64,000 nucleotides of DNA from Selaginella moellendorffii. Its lineage: Eukaryota; Plantae; Lycopodiophyta. Every line of letters begins with the position of its first letter. Positions within the stretch are counted from its first letter, which is position 1. The stretch spans positions 248,001 to 312,000 of the forward strand of contig NW_003314366.1 of the NCBI RefSeq assembly GCF_000143415.4, read 5' to 3'. A program made the translations under genes and the position numbers. Below, piece by piece: positions 1-11,084 of this stretch. The notes beneath the pieces are model-generated. The model searched no databases, was not told where the DNA came from, and worked only from the letters and a program-made list of their open reading frames with translations.

Positions 1-2115
1 CTCTTCCTGCTCATTATCTTTCTCTGGCTCCTCATCCCCCTCCTGCATTTCTTCCATAGGCTGCTCAGGCTGGATGGCTTGTTCTTCCAGGACCATCTTG
101 GGAAAATCATCTGGCCGAGTCTCCATCTCAAAATACAAGACATCCATAGCCTGTTTTAGTGCGTGACCTAGGACCGTATCCTCACCCGACTGTCTTAACA
201 TGGTTTCTGCACGTTCTTGCACCCTTCGAAGACGATGAGATGAGAAAAACGTGGCCCTGACTTGAAAAGCATCCCTCATCCATTGTACCTCTCCATTGAG
301 ATTGGGGAAGGGGAGTCTGCCATAGGAATCTGAGTCAAGAGGTGGTGACTGCCTGCTTTCACTCAGCCCTTGATCTGCAATGAATGGCATGAGCACACAC
401 GCCATAACCGCGAGGCATTACCTATCATCTTTTCGTTGCCCTTATTCCTTTTTGAATCAAACGCCTCTGATCTCGATGACTGTCCAACGTGCTTTCGCTT
501 TTTATGACCACTGTCAGTTTGAGCTTGGCTGGTGCTTGCCTGTTTTGCCTTTGAAGAAGTGTCTCCTGCAAGGAATGGCATGAGACCACACATCATTGCA
601 AATATAATTTGTACCTCCTTTTTTCCTATTGCTTGTCTGTTTGTCCTTCTTCGATGTGCCACCAGTGCGCTTTTCAGTCCTTGTGTCTGAATATTCACAA
701 CGATCTATAATCAAAATGGCGTGAGGCCTCACGTGACCTTACCTTGTGCAGGTTGTGAGCTCGGCCCAACATGGGTATCTTCAACAGTAGCTGTTAACGT
801 TGTTTCAGCATCTGGGGGTGGCCACGCTCCTGCATACAGAGCTTGTGAGATAACATTTAAACTTAAAGTGTGTACTCACCAGGTTCGCAGAGAAGATACT
901 GTTTTTCTTTGGCAACTGTAATTATATGCTCCATTGAAGTCACCTCTTCAATGGAGTTTGTCACCGCAACACACGGGACACCCTTGAGTAGTGCGGCTCG
1001 AAAGAATAGTCTGCCGCTGTTGTACTCGACAACGCATTTGCCCTTGGAGTCGAAAGCAGGTGACCCACCCGCTATTGCGTTGAAGACCCAGCTGAGCATT
1101 TCCCATGCTGCACCTGGAGCTTTCTTTGGATTCGAAAGCTCCATAGCCGTCTTTAGTTCCTCAGGCACGGGTAAATTGACCTCCCTCAGATCAATTGGAT
1201 TGGCCTTGTCGTACGAAGTTGGGAAGTCACTCCAATCCCACTCTGCTGCAAGACCAATAACAAGGGCAAGTGTGAAGATGCGGACATTCGTTGGTATCTT
1301 CTTCTTAGCCATTATCCCATGGATCTCCCGCATCTCCTTGCCTTTCAACCGAGCCTTCACCTCGGACGTCGGCTTGAGCTTGACCACCCTTTTCTGCTTC
1401 GGGGTAGTTTCCAGATCGACCCCCTTCCCCTTCGCTTCGCGAACTGGAGGCACTCTCAACGGCTCAATGTTGGAATATAGTTTTTGAACATCGCCGTAGG
1501 TGAGGTCCGTGGATTCCATGTGATCTTCATAGACCCGCAGCGTCTTTGAAATTGTGGGCCTCCTGGACAACCTCTCCCTAGCTCCCTCTAGGAATTCCTC
1601 ATAGCCGCTGCCCCCCTCCGGGAAGCCGCTAGGATGTGCAAGGTGGATCTTGAAGGCGGACGCTGTCTCTACCACAAGTGCCAGTCCATATTCTTGCATG
1701 GAACTGCATGGAGTGTCTGTCACTTGGATGAGGATCCCCATGCATTCTTTTCTCCCACCATCTGTGTTGTACAGCCTCAGATCCTCGCCTTCCATCCCGA
1801 AAGTCCAACTGGTGAGCTCCTCCCCCTTCTTTGCATCCACATTGATAGTGGCTGGAAGAAGAACGCAATTCCTCGCCTGTTCAGAAATGCACAACAATTA
1901 GAGCTAACAAATGAAAAGCTAGCAGCTGGAAATAATGTGAGGCCACACGCCATTCACCACTGCATCAGATGCCTTGAGGCTACATCCTAAGATGGCGTGA
2001 GGCTACACGCCATCTGTAACCAGACTGCACTCGAGAGCCCAATCGGTGCATGCCAATGTTGCTATTGAATGGCATGTGGCCTCATGCCATTTTCTACTTG
2101 GCCTAAAAGACTTAC
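1..2115 (-). CDS. Multi-exon transposon accessory ORF of unknown function (partial; runs off the left edge)
   Basis: A 344-aa open exon (863-1897) plus short downstream exons separated by GT-AG introns at about 831-879, 687-742, 566-614 and 375-421. There is an upstream intron at about 1878-2115. Confidence 0.5.
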
Positions 2116-3183
2116 CATCTGAAGCCGAATGGAGGCATGACAACCGGACTCACTGGCGAATGTGCACTGTGTGTGCAGCGGATCATAGCAGCAAGGCTAC
2201 TCTACCACTTACAGTTGGAGAGTGGCACTGAAATCTCCCGGGACACCAAGTGGGTTGCATGTGGGTGGCGGAGTGGGCGGCGGAGTTGGCGGCGAAGTTA
2301 CAAACTGGGTGTGTCTTGAAGTGGACGCCGATGCACACGAGCGCGATGCGAGCGCGAGTGTGATGCAAGCGCGAGTGGACACCGATGCACACGAGAAACC
2401 TGTAGAGAAGGTAGATGAGCGCGAATGTGAGCGTGATCGCGAGTGGGAGCGCGATGCGAGTGCGAGTGTGTGAGCGCGAGTGTGCGAGTGCGATGTGAGC
2501 GCAAGTACGAAGCAAAATGCAAAACCTAACCTCACACGCGCGAAATGTCACGATAGTTGGTAATCCCGCAATGTCATCATTCCTCGGACTTGGGCGCCAC
2601 CATTAATTTCTGGATCGCCGCGCGCATGCATGCACGTGAAATCCAAAAGAAATCCGCAACATCATCATTCCTCGGACTGCATGCACGCAAAATCCAAAAG
2701 AAAGATCATGATTGGGATATCATTTAATACCCTCGCTATATTTATACCATGCATGATTGGATATTCCAAAGCATCTTGTATTTCCAAAAATGCTAGATGT
2801 TCAACTAAATAAAGAATGGTATACAATGTCCTTCTTGATGACCCTGCAAAGAAGCATCTCGATCGGACACCACATGAGACCACAACAGCCTTACAATGTT
2901 TCAGGGGCATTTGCCATAGATCCGACCGTTATTTTGCTCCAAGATTTTACAGTTTGGTGTGGATTGACCTTTCCATCGACACTGCAAAGGGACATCACAA
3001 TCAGATGCGGGATCACAAGAAACTAACTTCACTAACTCTGGTTTCACTAAGATCTACGTAAGGAGTTATGAAATGAAAGGACCCTCTCTATTGAAATGTG
3101 TTTATGGTCCTAGGGGCATTGTGACATATCAAAGGATTTTGCATCAAGTTTTGTATTTGCATGTTTATCAAGCTACTGAATTG

Positions 3184-3210
3184 CTAAACCCTAAACCCTA
3201 AACCCTAAAC
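3184..3210. repeat. Short interstitial plant telomeric repeat (CCCTAAA)n
   Basis: ctaaaccctaaaccctaaaccctaaac. Similar short runs occur at about 35027-35050 and 36828-36847. Confidence 0.8.
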
Positions 3211-4069
3211 ATGTGGCAAATACTGCGTGAAGAAAGATGCCCTTTCTGGGCAAATGCTGTAAGAGGCAGATGCCGAGTAGATGTATCTCAAGCTAGCGAA
3301 GGGGACAAACGAAAGCTAGCTATAAACATGACGGGATGCAAATAGATTACTAGGCTGGTCCTGCGAAAATCAAAAACCATAATTGAAAACATTGAAAATG
3401 CAAAAAGAAAGGTTTATAAATTTTATGAATTTTATGAATTTTATTTATGAATTTTAAGCAACCAAAGGAATGTAAGTAGGGCATGTGTTTGTAAGTTTAA
3501 AAATGCCTCAACCACTTAAATTCCCAAGTAAATAAAGCTGTTTCTATTTTTGGTACAGGTAAACTTTATAGCGTGTGGGCTCATGCAATTTTGAACCCAA
3601 AAATGCACCAAAAAATGCTCGACTAGCATTATTCTTTGAATGGCGTGTGGCCTTATATTGCCATAAATGGACGTACACACACAGCATAATTATTCCTTTA
3701 CACGGCGAATAATCTTGGTGCGGATCGCTGACATGGCATGGCAAAGTTCGAATCACTGACATGGCACAGCTGGATCGAGGCAAGGACATGATGTGACAAA
3801 GTTCAACCTCCAACAGCAAAGTCTAGAAGCTACTCAGTTTGAAATTTGTCAGAGGAATCATAAGATCTAGTTTGTCAGAGGATTTGATGTGACGTTCAAG
3901 CGTGTGTTATTTTTGAATTCTCGAACTCATTCCTAGGTCTATCATTTTTGTGCGCCGTGTTCTTGGTTCCGCTAAGCGCAGTGAGCTCTGCTTGTGTAAG
4001 TGGCGTTGTGAGCTGTGGTTTATGCGTCTACAAGCGGTTGTGGCATTGCGAGCAGCAGTTTATGCGAGT

Positions 4070-4150
4070 GGCAGTTTGTGCGAGCGGTGCTACGAGCAGT
4101 TGCGGTGTTGCGAGCGGCGCTACGAGTAGTTGCGGTGTTGCGAGCGGCAC
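4070..4150. repeat. 30-bp tandem repeat, about 2.7 copies
   Basis: gcgagcggygctacgagyagttgcggtgtt repeated in the transposase 5' region. Confidence 0.8.
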
Positions 4151-4505
4151 TATCTTTGGTGTGGCTACCGCTTCCTCTTGATATTCGGCACTTGTGCTTC
4201 CTGGTATGTTCACCATGGAATGGTTTAGGACCACATTTAGAAATGGCATGAGGCCACATGCCATCTTGGGCCCTTGCAATTTCATGGCTAGCGTATTGTC
4301 ATATATGTTTTTACTTGCCTGCAACTGTGTGTATATCAAGATGGCATGAGGCCTCATGCCAATTTTGTGAATGCGAAATTTCACGTGGGTGTCAATAGCA
4401 TGTTTGAATAATGGCATGTGGCCTCATGCTATTTGGTATGTTATGATTTAGGCCATTCTCCAATCATTTTTTGTATGGTCTTAACTTCTTTTCTGCACTT
4501 TTAGA

Positions 4506-7500
4506 ATGGCCTTCAGGGTTGGGGAAAAGGTTTACATTTTGAATGGTGGGAAGAGAGTTGCAAAAGGGACCCTTGTGTCTATGGATCGGAACTTTGTTAT
4601 ACACTGTCAAAGGCTTGGGGAAGGCAATGCTGCTGTATCAGTAGAGACTGTCTTCGATGGGAATGTGGTCGCTATTGAACGAGGAGAGATGGTCGTCGGG
4701 GTAAATGTTGTTGTTGCCTTGAAAAATCTGCAGAAGAAAGCAGATGTTGGGGACAGCGCAAGTGCGACGCATGTTCCCTCCATGGATCTTAAGAACCGTA
4801 CTACATGGATTCAGGCAAAAGTGTTTCTAAACAACCCCGAGGGGGAGGTGGTAGCTGAGGGCTTAGCCATAGTTGTCGATCCAAGAGATGCGGTTGCTAA
4901 TCAAAAATTGGGCTGGGATGATATTGGAGTTGCGATTTTAGAGGTTGTTGACACAGAAGAAAACAGTCTGACTATTGGAAGCATTATGCGGTGGAAATTG
5001 AGGCATTTAGTGTTTGAGAATGTGAAGGATTCACAATCAAACACCACTACAACTGATGACAGAACATCTCTTCATGGGAAAAGAAAGTACACCTTCCTAC
5101 AGCGCAGCCAAAGGGATCTAAGCAACAAACTGAAAAGGCAGAAAATGGCGATGGAGGTTCGAATGGTCTCGACAGTTGCTTGTTGCAAGAGGAGGTGCTG
5201 TCAACATGCTGATTGAGATGCTATTGAAGAGGAGAGAGCAAGATACAAGACATTGTCCTGGAAGGCAGCTCGCAATTTTGTGTATGAGGCATTACGGTCA
5301 TCTGTTGATGCTTCAGAACATCAGGTGGGGGGCATGGTCTTCCAGAGGGGTTTGGTCTGCATGAAGGCATGGAGAATCATTTATGGAGTCCCTTAAAGCA
5401 CATTCTACAGAATCAAAACTGAGTTCGAGGAACAAAGGGTTCAATAGACAGTCCATGGGAACGACGGTACGCACAAAACCAGGGGTCATGTTGTATATGG
5501 AGAGGCAATCTTCAAGAGGTTTGTCGAGACATGTAGCGAGCAGCAACCACATAAAACCCGCCTCTTAGAAGATGGAACACGAGACACCCAACGAGTTCTC
5601 CCTTCCATGTATACCAAGGGGGCCATATTGGAAGATGTGAATCGGGAACTCTAGAGTAATGGCTACAGGAAGCTGAGCCAATCTAGATTTAGTAGATTGT
5701 GGAGCAACAGGTTCAGGGATGTGAGTATAGGAAAGTACTCTAGCTTTTCAAAGTGTGACGAGTGCACTGCTATCAAAATGGCTTTGTCGAAGAATTCTTG
5801 CAGCGCTCAAGGGCGAGAGACGTTGGTTAGAAGGCGGCTCGACCACAACATCGAGCAGAGAAGCTGCAGGACTGCATATTATCATAACAGGATTCTCTCC
5901 ATGGAGAGACTTGACTCTTACCTCTGCATCATCCACGACAAAATGGACCAGAAAAAGACGTGCTTACCTCGACTCAATCCTGCCCCCAAGGCAATCTCTT
6001 CATCCATGCAGCTGCCTGTGTCTCTGTTTGGCATAATCACTCATCGGCATGTTGCCCAGAATTATGGGAACTTCTTTGTACCTCTATGGGTGGCGGGGGT
6101 GCAAACATGATGATTGCGTCCCTAGCAAAACACTTAAGGTCTCTCCAAAGTGCGCAGACTGAGCTGAACGGCCAACCCTTGCATAAGGCCCTTGTCGATC
6201 GAACCCCATACAGGGTTCAGCTGGAGGAGGAGCAAAGGCTTGCAGTATCGCGTGGGGCCCCATACCATCCCAGTGAATATATTGGCCGTCAGATTTTAGG
6301 GTTATCACGTGAGGCCTCATGCCATTCCGACGAGGCTGGTCGCCCGGTGAATGCACAGCCTCATCCAAACGAAGCAGAATCTCAAGGAAGTTTTTGCGGC
6401 CGATGTGGCCTTCCACCCCATCTTCTGCTCCAAACAGACAATGCTGGCAGTGAGAACAAAAACATGTACGTCTTCGCGTACTTGGCAATGCTTGTTGCCA
6501 AAGGCATATTTGAAACTGTTACACTTGGCTTTCTCATGGTTGGGCACACTCATGAAGACGTCGATGCCATGTTCAGTCACTTGGCAGAGTCCCTCCGGTG
6601 ATCCAATGTCCTCACCCTCCCACAACTCTACGATGAATTCCAAAATTGCATCAAAGGCACTGTTGAAGCTGCACTTGTGACAGAGGTTCCAGACTTTAAG
6701 GGGTTTGTAAGAGGCCATATCAGGGACGGATCCGAAACGCTGATTGGCCACTCCAAGCCTCTTCAGTTTCATTTCAGCATGCGTGACGGTGCTCCAGTGA
6801 TGAGGTACAAGATGAGAGAATGGGACACAGTGTAGCTACCAGTGGATGGCATTGAACTCTTCAAGAGAGATCCCATAACTAGGGAACCTATGATTCCTCA
6901 GGGTTCCCCACGGCCGATGCACCCGGATGGACTCAAAGACCAGGAAAGTATAGTGGCCGGGATTAGATAGCATATTGCCTTCTGGAAGAGGGGGTTGGTG
7001 TTTGGTGGAGAATCCTATTTTAAGAGGTGCAAGCCTTTGCTTGAATACTGGGAGAAGATTATATCTACTATCCAAAATGGGCCGGTTGTATATGAAGAAT
7101 TGGAAGAGTCCTTTTGGCCAGAACCTAGAGCACCAGATAGTAGCGGAACAATGTCCTCTGGAAATGCAGTGACAGATAACGATGTTGAGGATCACTATTG
7201 TGGGCCGAGGAACAAGAAGCCGGATTCAGCATTCAATCCAGTACAGGTCTGCAAAGGAATGGTCGTGCTTGTCAGACCCAGTAATAAAAAACAAATGATA
7301 TGGGTGGGGCGCTGCATCACTGATGCAGAGGAGGACGCAGAAACTAACTCCTTCAATGTAACTGTGGAGTGGTTCAAGCCAAGTTCCGGATATACGAAGG
7401 ATTGCCTAGAAAAGAGATGGGTGCTGAATCCAAGGGATCCTAGCATGAGCATATCGGTGGATAATGTTGTGCATGGTTGGATGCGGAAGCAGAGTGCCAC

Positions 7501-7646
7501 CATCACCTTGCCAGACCATGCAAGAGATGCAGCAAGAGCATTCATAACCCGGGTTCAAGGTGAGATTCATTAATATTCCTTTACTAAGTTTCTAATGTAT
7601 TTTATTTCAAGGTGAACAATCCGAATCTGAATCAGAGGAGGCGTGA
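4506..7646 (+). pseudogene. DUF7869/Sola1-like DDE transposase pseudogene
   Basis: Motifs CCKRRC, KCDEC, IIHDKMDQKKT, LQTDNAGSENKN and FLMVGHTHEDVDAMFS. It is broken by in-frame stops (about 5216, 5654, 6601, 6834, 6970) and a frameshift near 6095. There is a 5'UTR intron at about 4204-4504 and a last intron at about 7560-7610. Confidence 0.8.
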
Positions 7647-8570
7647 TGGCATGTGGCCCTTTGCACTAGTATATCTTAATACCGGTCTGAGAAATAGAAT
7701 GGCATGTGCCCTCAGGCCTTTTACTAAATCACCTTTGAAAGAAATGCAAGCCTCTATGTCGTAAAAAAAAGGTACTAGAGAAATTCCTTAATAATATGAA
7801 TGTTATTTAGTTTCATGAAAATACACTAAGGGTCAAATGAGTTAAATGACTTCTCCAGACTAGCAATGCCTCTTGCTACACCTTCACAATTAGATTCGTT
7901 AGAAAAAGATAACATTGAATAATATCTAAATGTTCTCACCATTAAGTTATATGTCTAGCTAATAGGAATGATGTTCATCTTGGAAAGCTCACCACACGCT
8001 TAATGAACAAACAAATAGTGTGTGCGCGCATGCCATCGCTCTTCTTTAGCTTCAGATTCGGCTTGTTCACCTTAACAATGAGATTTATTATACAACCAGA
8101 TGGACTCAGTCTGGACACAAAGTCACCGCGCTAGTCACCATGCCCCAGATATGTCTAGCCCCTGGACAAAAAATATATAATTTCACGTCATTTTCAAATA
8201 CTTGAAAATTTGTACCTAGTCCCATTTTACTGAATAAATCCCACTTTAACAAAATAAAGCTTTCTATCAGGATTCAATGGTATAAATGAAAAGAAATTTA
8301 AGCATGTTGAAGGTGCTATGTTAACCTTTAACTCCTCTAAAAAATGGTGAAAGTCCTTTATATCCATGTTTAAAAGAAGGTCTTCCTTGGTAGAAAAATG
8401 TAAAATCACCTTTTAAAGATTTCTTGCCACCACCTTGCCACCTAGGCTTTGACCCATATTGTGATCTTTTTACAAAATCTCTCATTCAAGGGAAGCTCAT
8501 TTTTTCCCCTTTTCTTGATCTTTCTCCTTGCTCTTAAACAAACATACCAAATATACCCACACCACCCTTT

Positions 8571-10133
8571 TGTAAGCTTTTAAGTTTGGACTTCCTAAGA
8601 GGTCACCCAGCCCAAGTACTATTCAAACGCAAAGACATTTAACCCCAAATATCCTAAAACCCTTAACCGATTGGAAAAGAGGGTGCACTCTTGTTCATGG
8701 GCCCTTTTCCCTCCCAAGACCCTTAACCGATTGGAAAAGGGGGTGCACTCTTGTTCATGGGCTCTTTTCCCTCTATATTTGAACCCTATAGATCATCTCT
8801 CAAGTCGTTCCCTTTGGTTGCTTACAATCCACTACGCTTCTCTACATGTTCACGCCCTCGTGAACGGAAGCTGAGAGCCGCAACTCTCCCGAGAGCCTCG
8901 CTCTCTTGACACCCTACCCCTCGGGTCGAGCCCACCAACATGTGGTGTGATTCCCTTAGCCAACCAACAGAGTCGGACCCGAAACCCGCTCTAATACCAA
9001 AATACCAAATGTAACGCTCCTGAGTTTGGACTTCCCGGGAGGTCACCCAGCCCAGTACTATTCAAACCCAAGGATGCTTAACCCCAAGTATCCCAAGACC
9101 CTTAACCGATTGGAAAAGAGGGTGCACTGTTATTCATGGGCCCTTTCCCTCTATATTTGAACCCCAACGGATCATCTCTCGAGTCGTTCCCTTTGGTTGC
9201 TTACAATCTACCATGCTTCCTTGCAAGTTCACGCCCTTGTGAACGGAAGCTGAGAGCCGCAGCTCTCCCGAGAGCCCTGCTCTCTTGACACCCTACCCCT
9301 TGGGTCGAGCCCAGCGGGAGCAAACTGGACCAGCCAGATGTCAATCAACATGTGGTGTGATTCCCTTAACCAACCAACAGAGTCAGACCCGAGACCGCTC
9401 TGATACCAAATTTAAGCTCCTGAGTTTGGACTTCTTGGGAGGTCACCCAACCCAGTACTATTCAAACCCAAGGATGCTTAACCCCAAATATCCCAAGACC
9501 CTTAACCGATTGGAAAAGGGGGTGCACTCTTGTTTATGGGCCCTTTCCCTTTATATTTGAACCCCATAGACCGTCTCTTAAGTCGTTCCCTTTGGTTGCT
9601 TACAATCCACCACGCTTCCCTGCAAGTTCATGCCCTCGTGAACGGAAGCTAAGAGCCGTAGCTCTCCTGAGGGCCCCGCTCTCTTGACACCCTACCCCTC
9701 GGGTCGAGCCCAGCGGGAGCAAACTAAACCTGCCAGATGTCAATCAACATGTGGTGTGATTCCCTTAGCCAACCAACAGAGTCGGACCCGAGACTCCTCT
9801 GATACCAAATGTAAGCTCCTAAGTTTGGATTGCCGAGCCCAGCGGGAGCAAACTGAACCTGCCAGATGTCAATCAACATGTGGTGTGATTCCCTTAGCCA
9901 ACCAACAGAGTTGGACCCGAGACTCCTCTGATACCAAATATAAGCTCGTAAGTTTGGACTTCCCAGGAGGTCACCCAACCTAGTATTATTCAAACGCAAG
10001 GACGCTTAACCCCAAATATCCCAAGACCCTTAACTGATTGGAAAAGGGGGTGCATTTTTGTTCATGGGCCCTTTTCCCTCTATATTTGAACCCCATGGAT
10101 CGTCTCTTAAGTCGTTCCCTTTGGTTGCTTACA
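8571..10133 (-). mobile_element. Cassandra TRIM tandem array (5S rRNA-derived LTRs)
   Basis: LTRs at 8571-8826, 9010-9205, 9411-9604 and 9939-10133, plus a stub at 9810. TG..CA ends, TSD CCTTT on both sides and an iMet PBS (TGGTATCAGAG on minus). The LTR core on minus, GTTAAGCRTCCTTGGG..TAGTACTGGGCTGGGTGACCTCCCGGGAAGTCC, matches the 5S rRNA A/IE/C boxes. Confidence 0.92.
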
Positions 10134-11084
10134 CCTTTTGAGCATCTTTTCCCTTGGCATTAACTAGAAATGTTGATATTAATGTCTTTCCTTAAGCATG
10201 CTCCTCTTCCTCAACAATATCATCCCAACTTTGCTTTTTAGGCTTTATAGAAGATTCATTTAGTTTTAAATTAGATCCACCATTGGCTATCTTTCTACAT
10301 TCAACTCTTCAAGAAAATGCTGCAACAATATTGTAAAAGAAACTCACACTTTGAAAATTGATTCTCTCCATATATGCAAGAATCATCATATAAATCCCTT
10401 AATACTAAGAAGGGTGCAATGAATAAACTCATCACTTAAGCCATGTGTTATGAAATATTTGACACATCAGTTTGGTGATGCTTCCTTAATCTCTTGCTAA
10501 CACAGCCCAGTCACTTTTTGCTTGTTGGTGGCAACCTCATGATGCAATAGAAGTGTGTACATATAACCTAGCCTCACAATGTGTTTTAGATGCTAAGATA
10601 AGATCTCCACACATGCTCACTCCAAAGTACTCAAGACACTAATAGAAACACACTTACTGTTCAAACAAAAGAACCCACAAAATGAATGTGAGCATATTCC
10701 AAAACCACACTCAAGATGCTCAAAAACACACTCACTCTAGAGCACACTCCAAGAAACACTATTAAATGCATAATCCTTGAGGGGGTGGGGTGAGGCTTGG
10801 CTTTTCCAACGAGGCCAGAATGGTGCCACCTAACCCTTGCTCCCCATGCAGAAAGATTCCAGAGCTAGCTCCACCCCTCTTTGATCACAAGCACAAGTTT
10901 GTGCAATACACACTGTTAGTTGCTGCCATCCCTGGCAATGTAATACTTCACCAGCGGCTCCAGCAGTTGCCTATGGCTTAAGTACTCCAAGAGAGATTTT
11001 CCATCTGCACAGACGCCCTCACTGGCCCTTTGGACCAGAGAAGAACCACAACATCATCATAACGCCTAATCACACCCCCTACAT

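Larger units (their letters stand above)
384..7720. repeat. Dispersed 22-bp palindrome ATGGCRTGWGGCCWCAYGCCAT, about 14 copies
   Basis: Copies start at 384, 575, 716, 1932, 1969, 1992, 2069, 3568, 3640, 4243, 4341, 4411, 6304, 7646 and 7699; some are degenerate. ATGGCATGAGGCCTCATGCCAT is its own reverse complement. Confidence 0.9.
1..8223. mobile_element. Decayed large DNA transposon (DUF7869/Sola1-like), left end outside window
   Basis: It contains a disrupted DDE-type transposase (4506-7646), a divergent multi-exon ORF and element-specific 22-bp palindromes from 384 to 7720. The right end is only tentative, at ...TGTACCTAGTCCC|ATTT (8223). Confidence 0.6.

Noticed and set aside
3184-3210. 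Chromosome end or fusion scar
   Set aside because: Under four repeat units. Such short telo-box runs are common internally.
384-7720. CRISPR-like array of palindromes
   Set aside because: Spacing is irregular, the copies sit in introns, the context is eukaryotic and no cas genes are present.
8587-8645. 5S rRNA gene
   Set aside because: Only the ~55-nt internal promoter part is present, embedded in TG..CA LTRs with a PBS and TSD. This is Cassandra, not rDNA.
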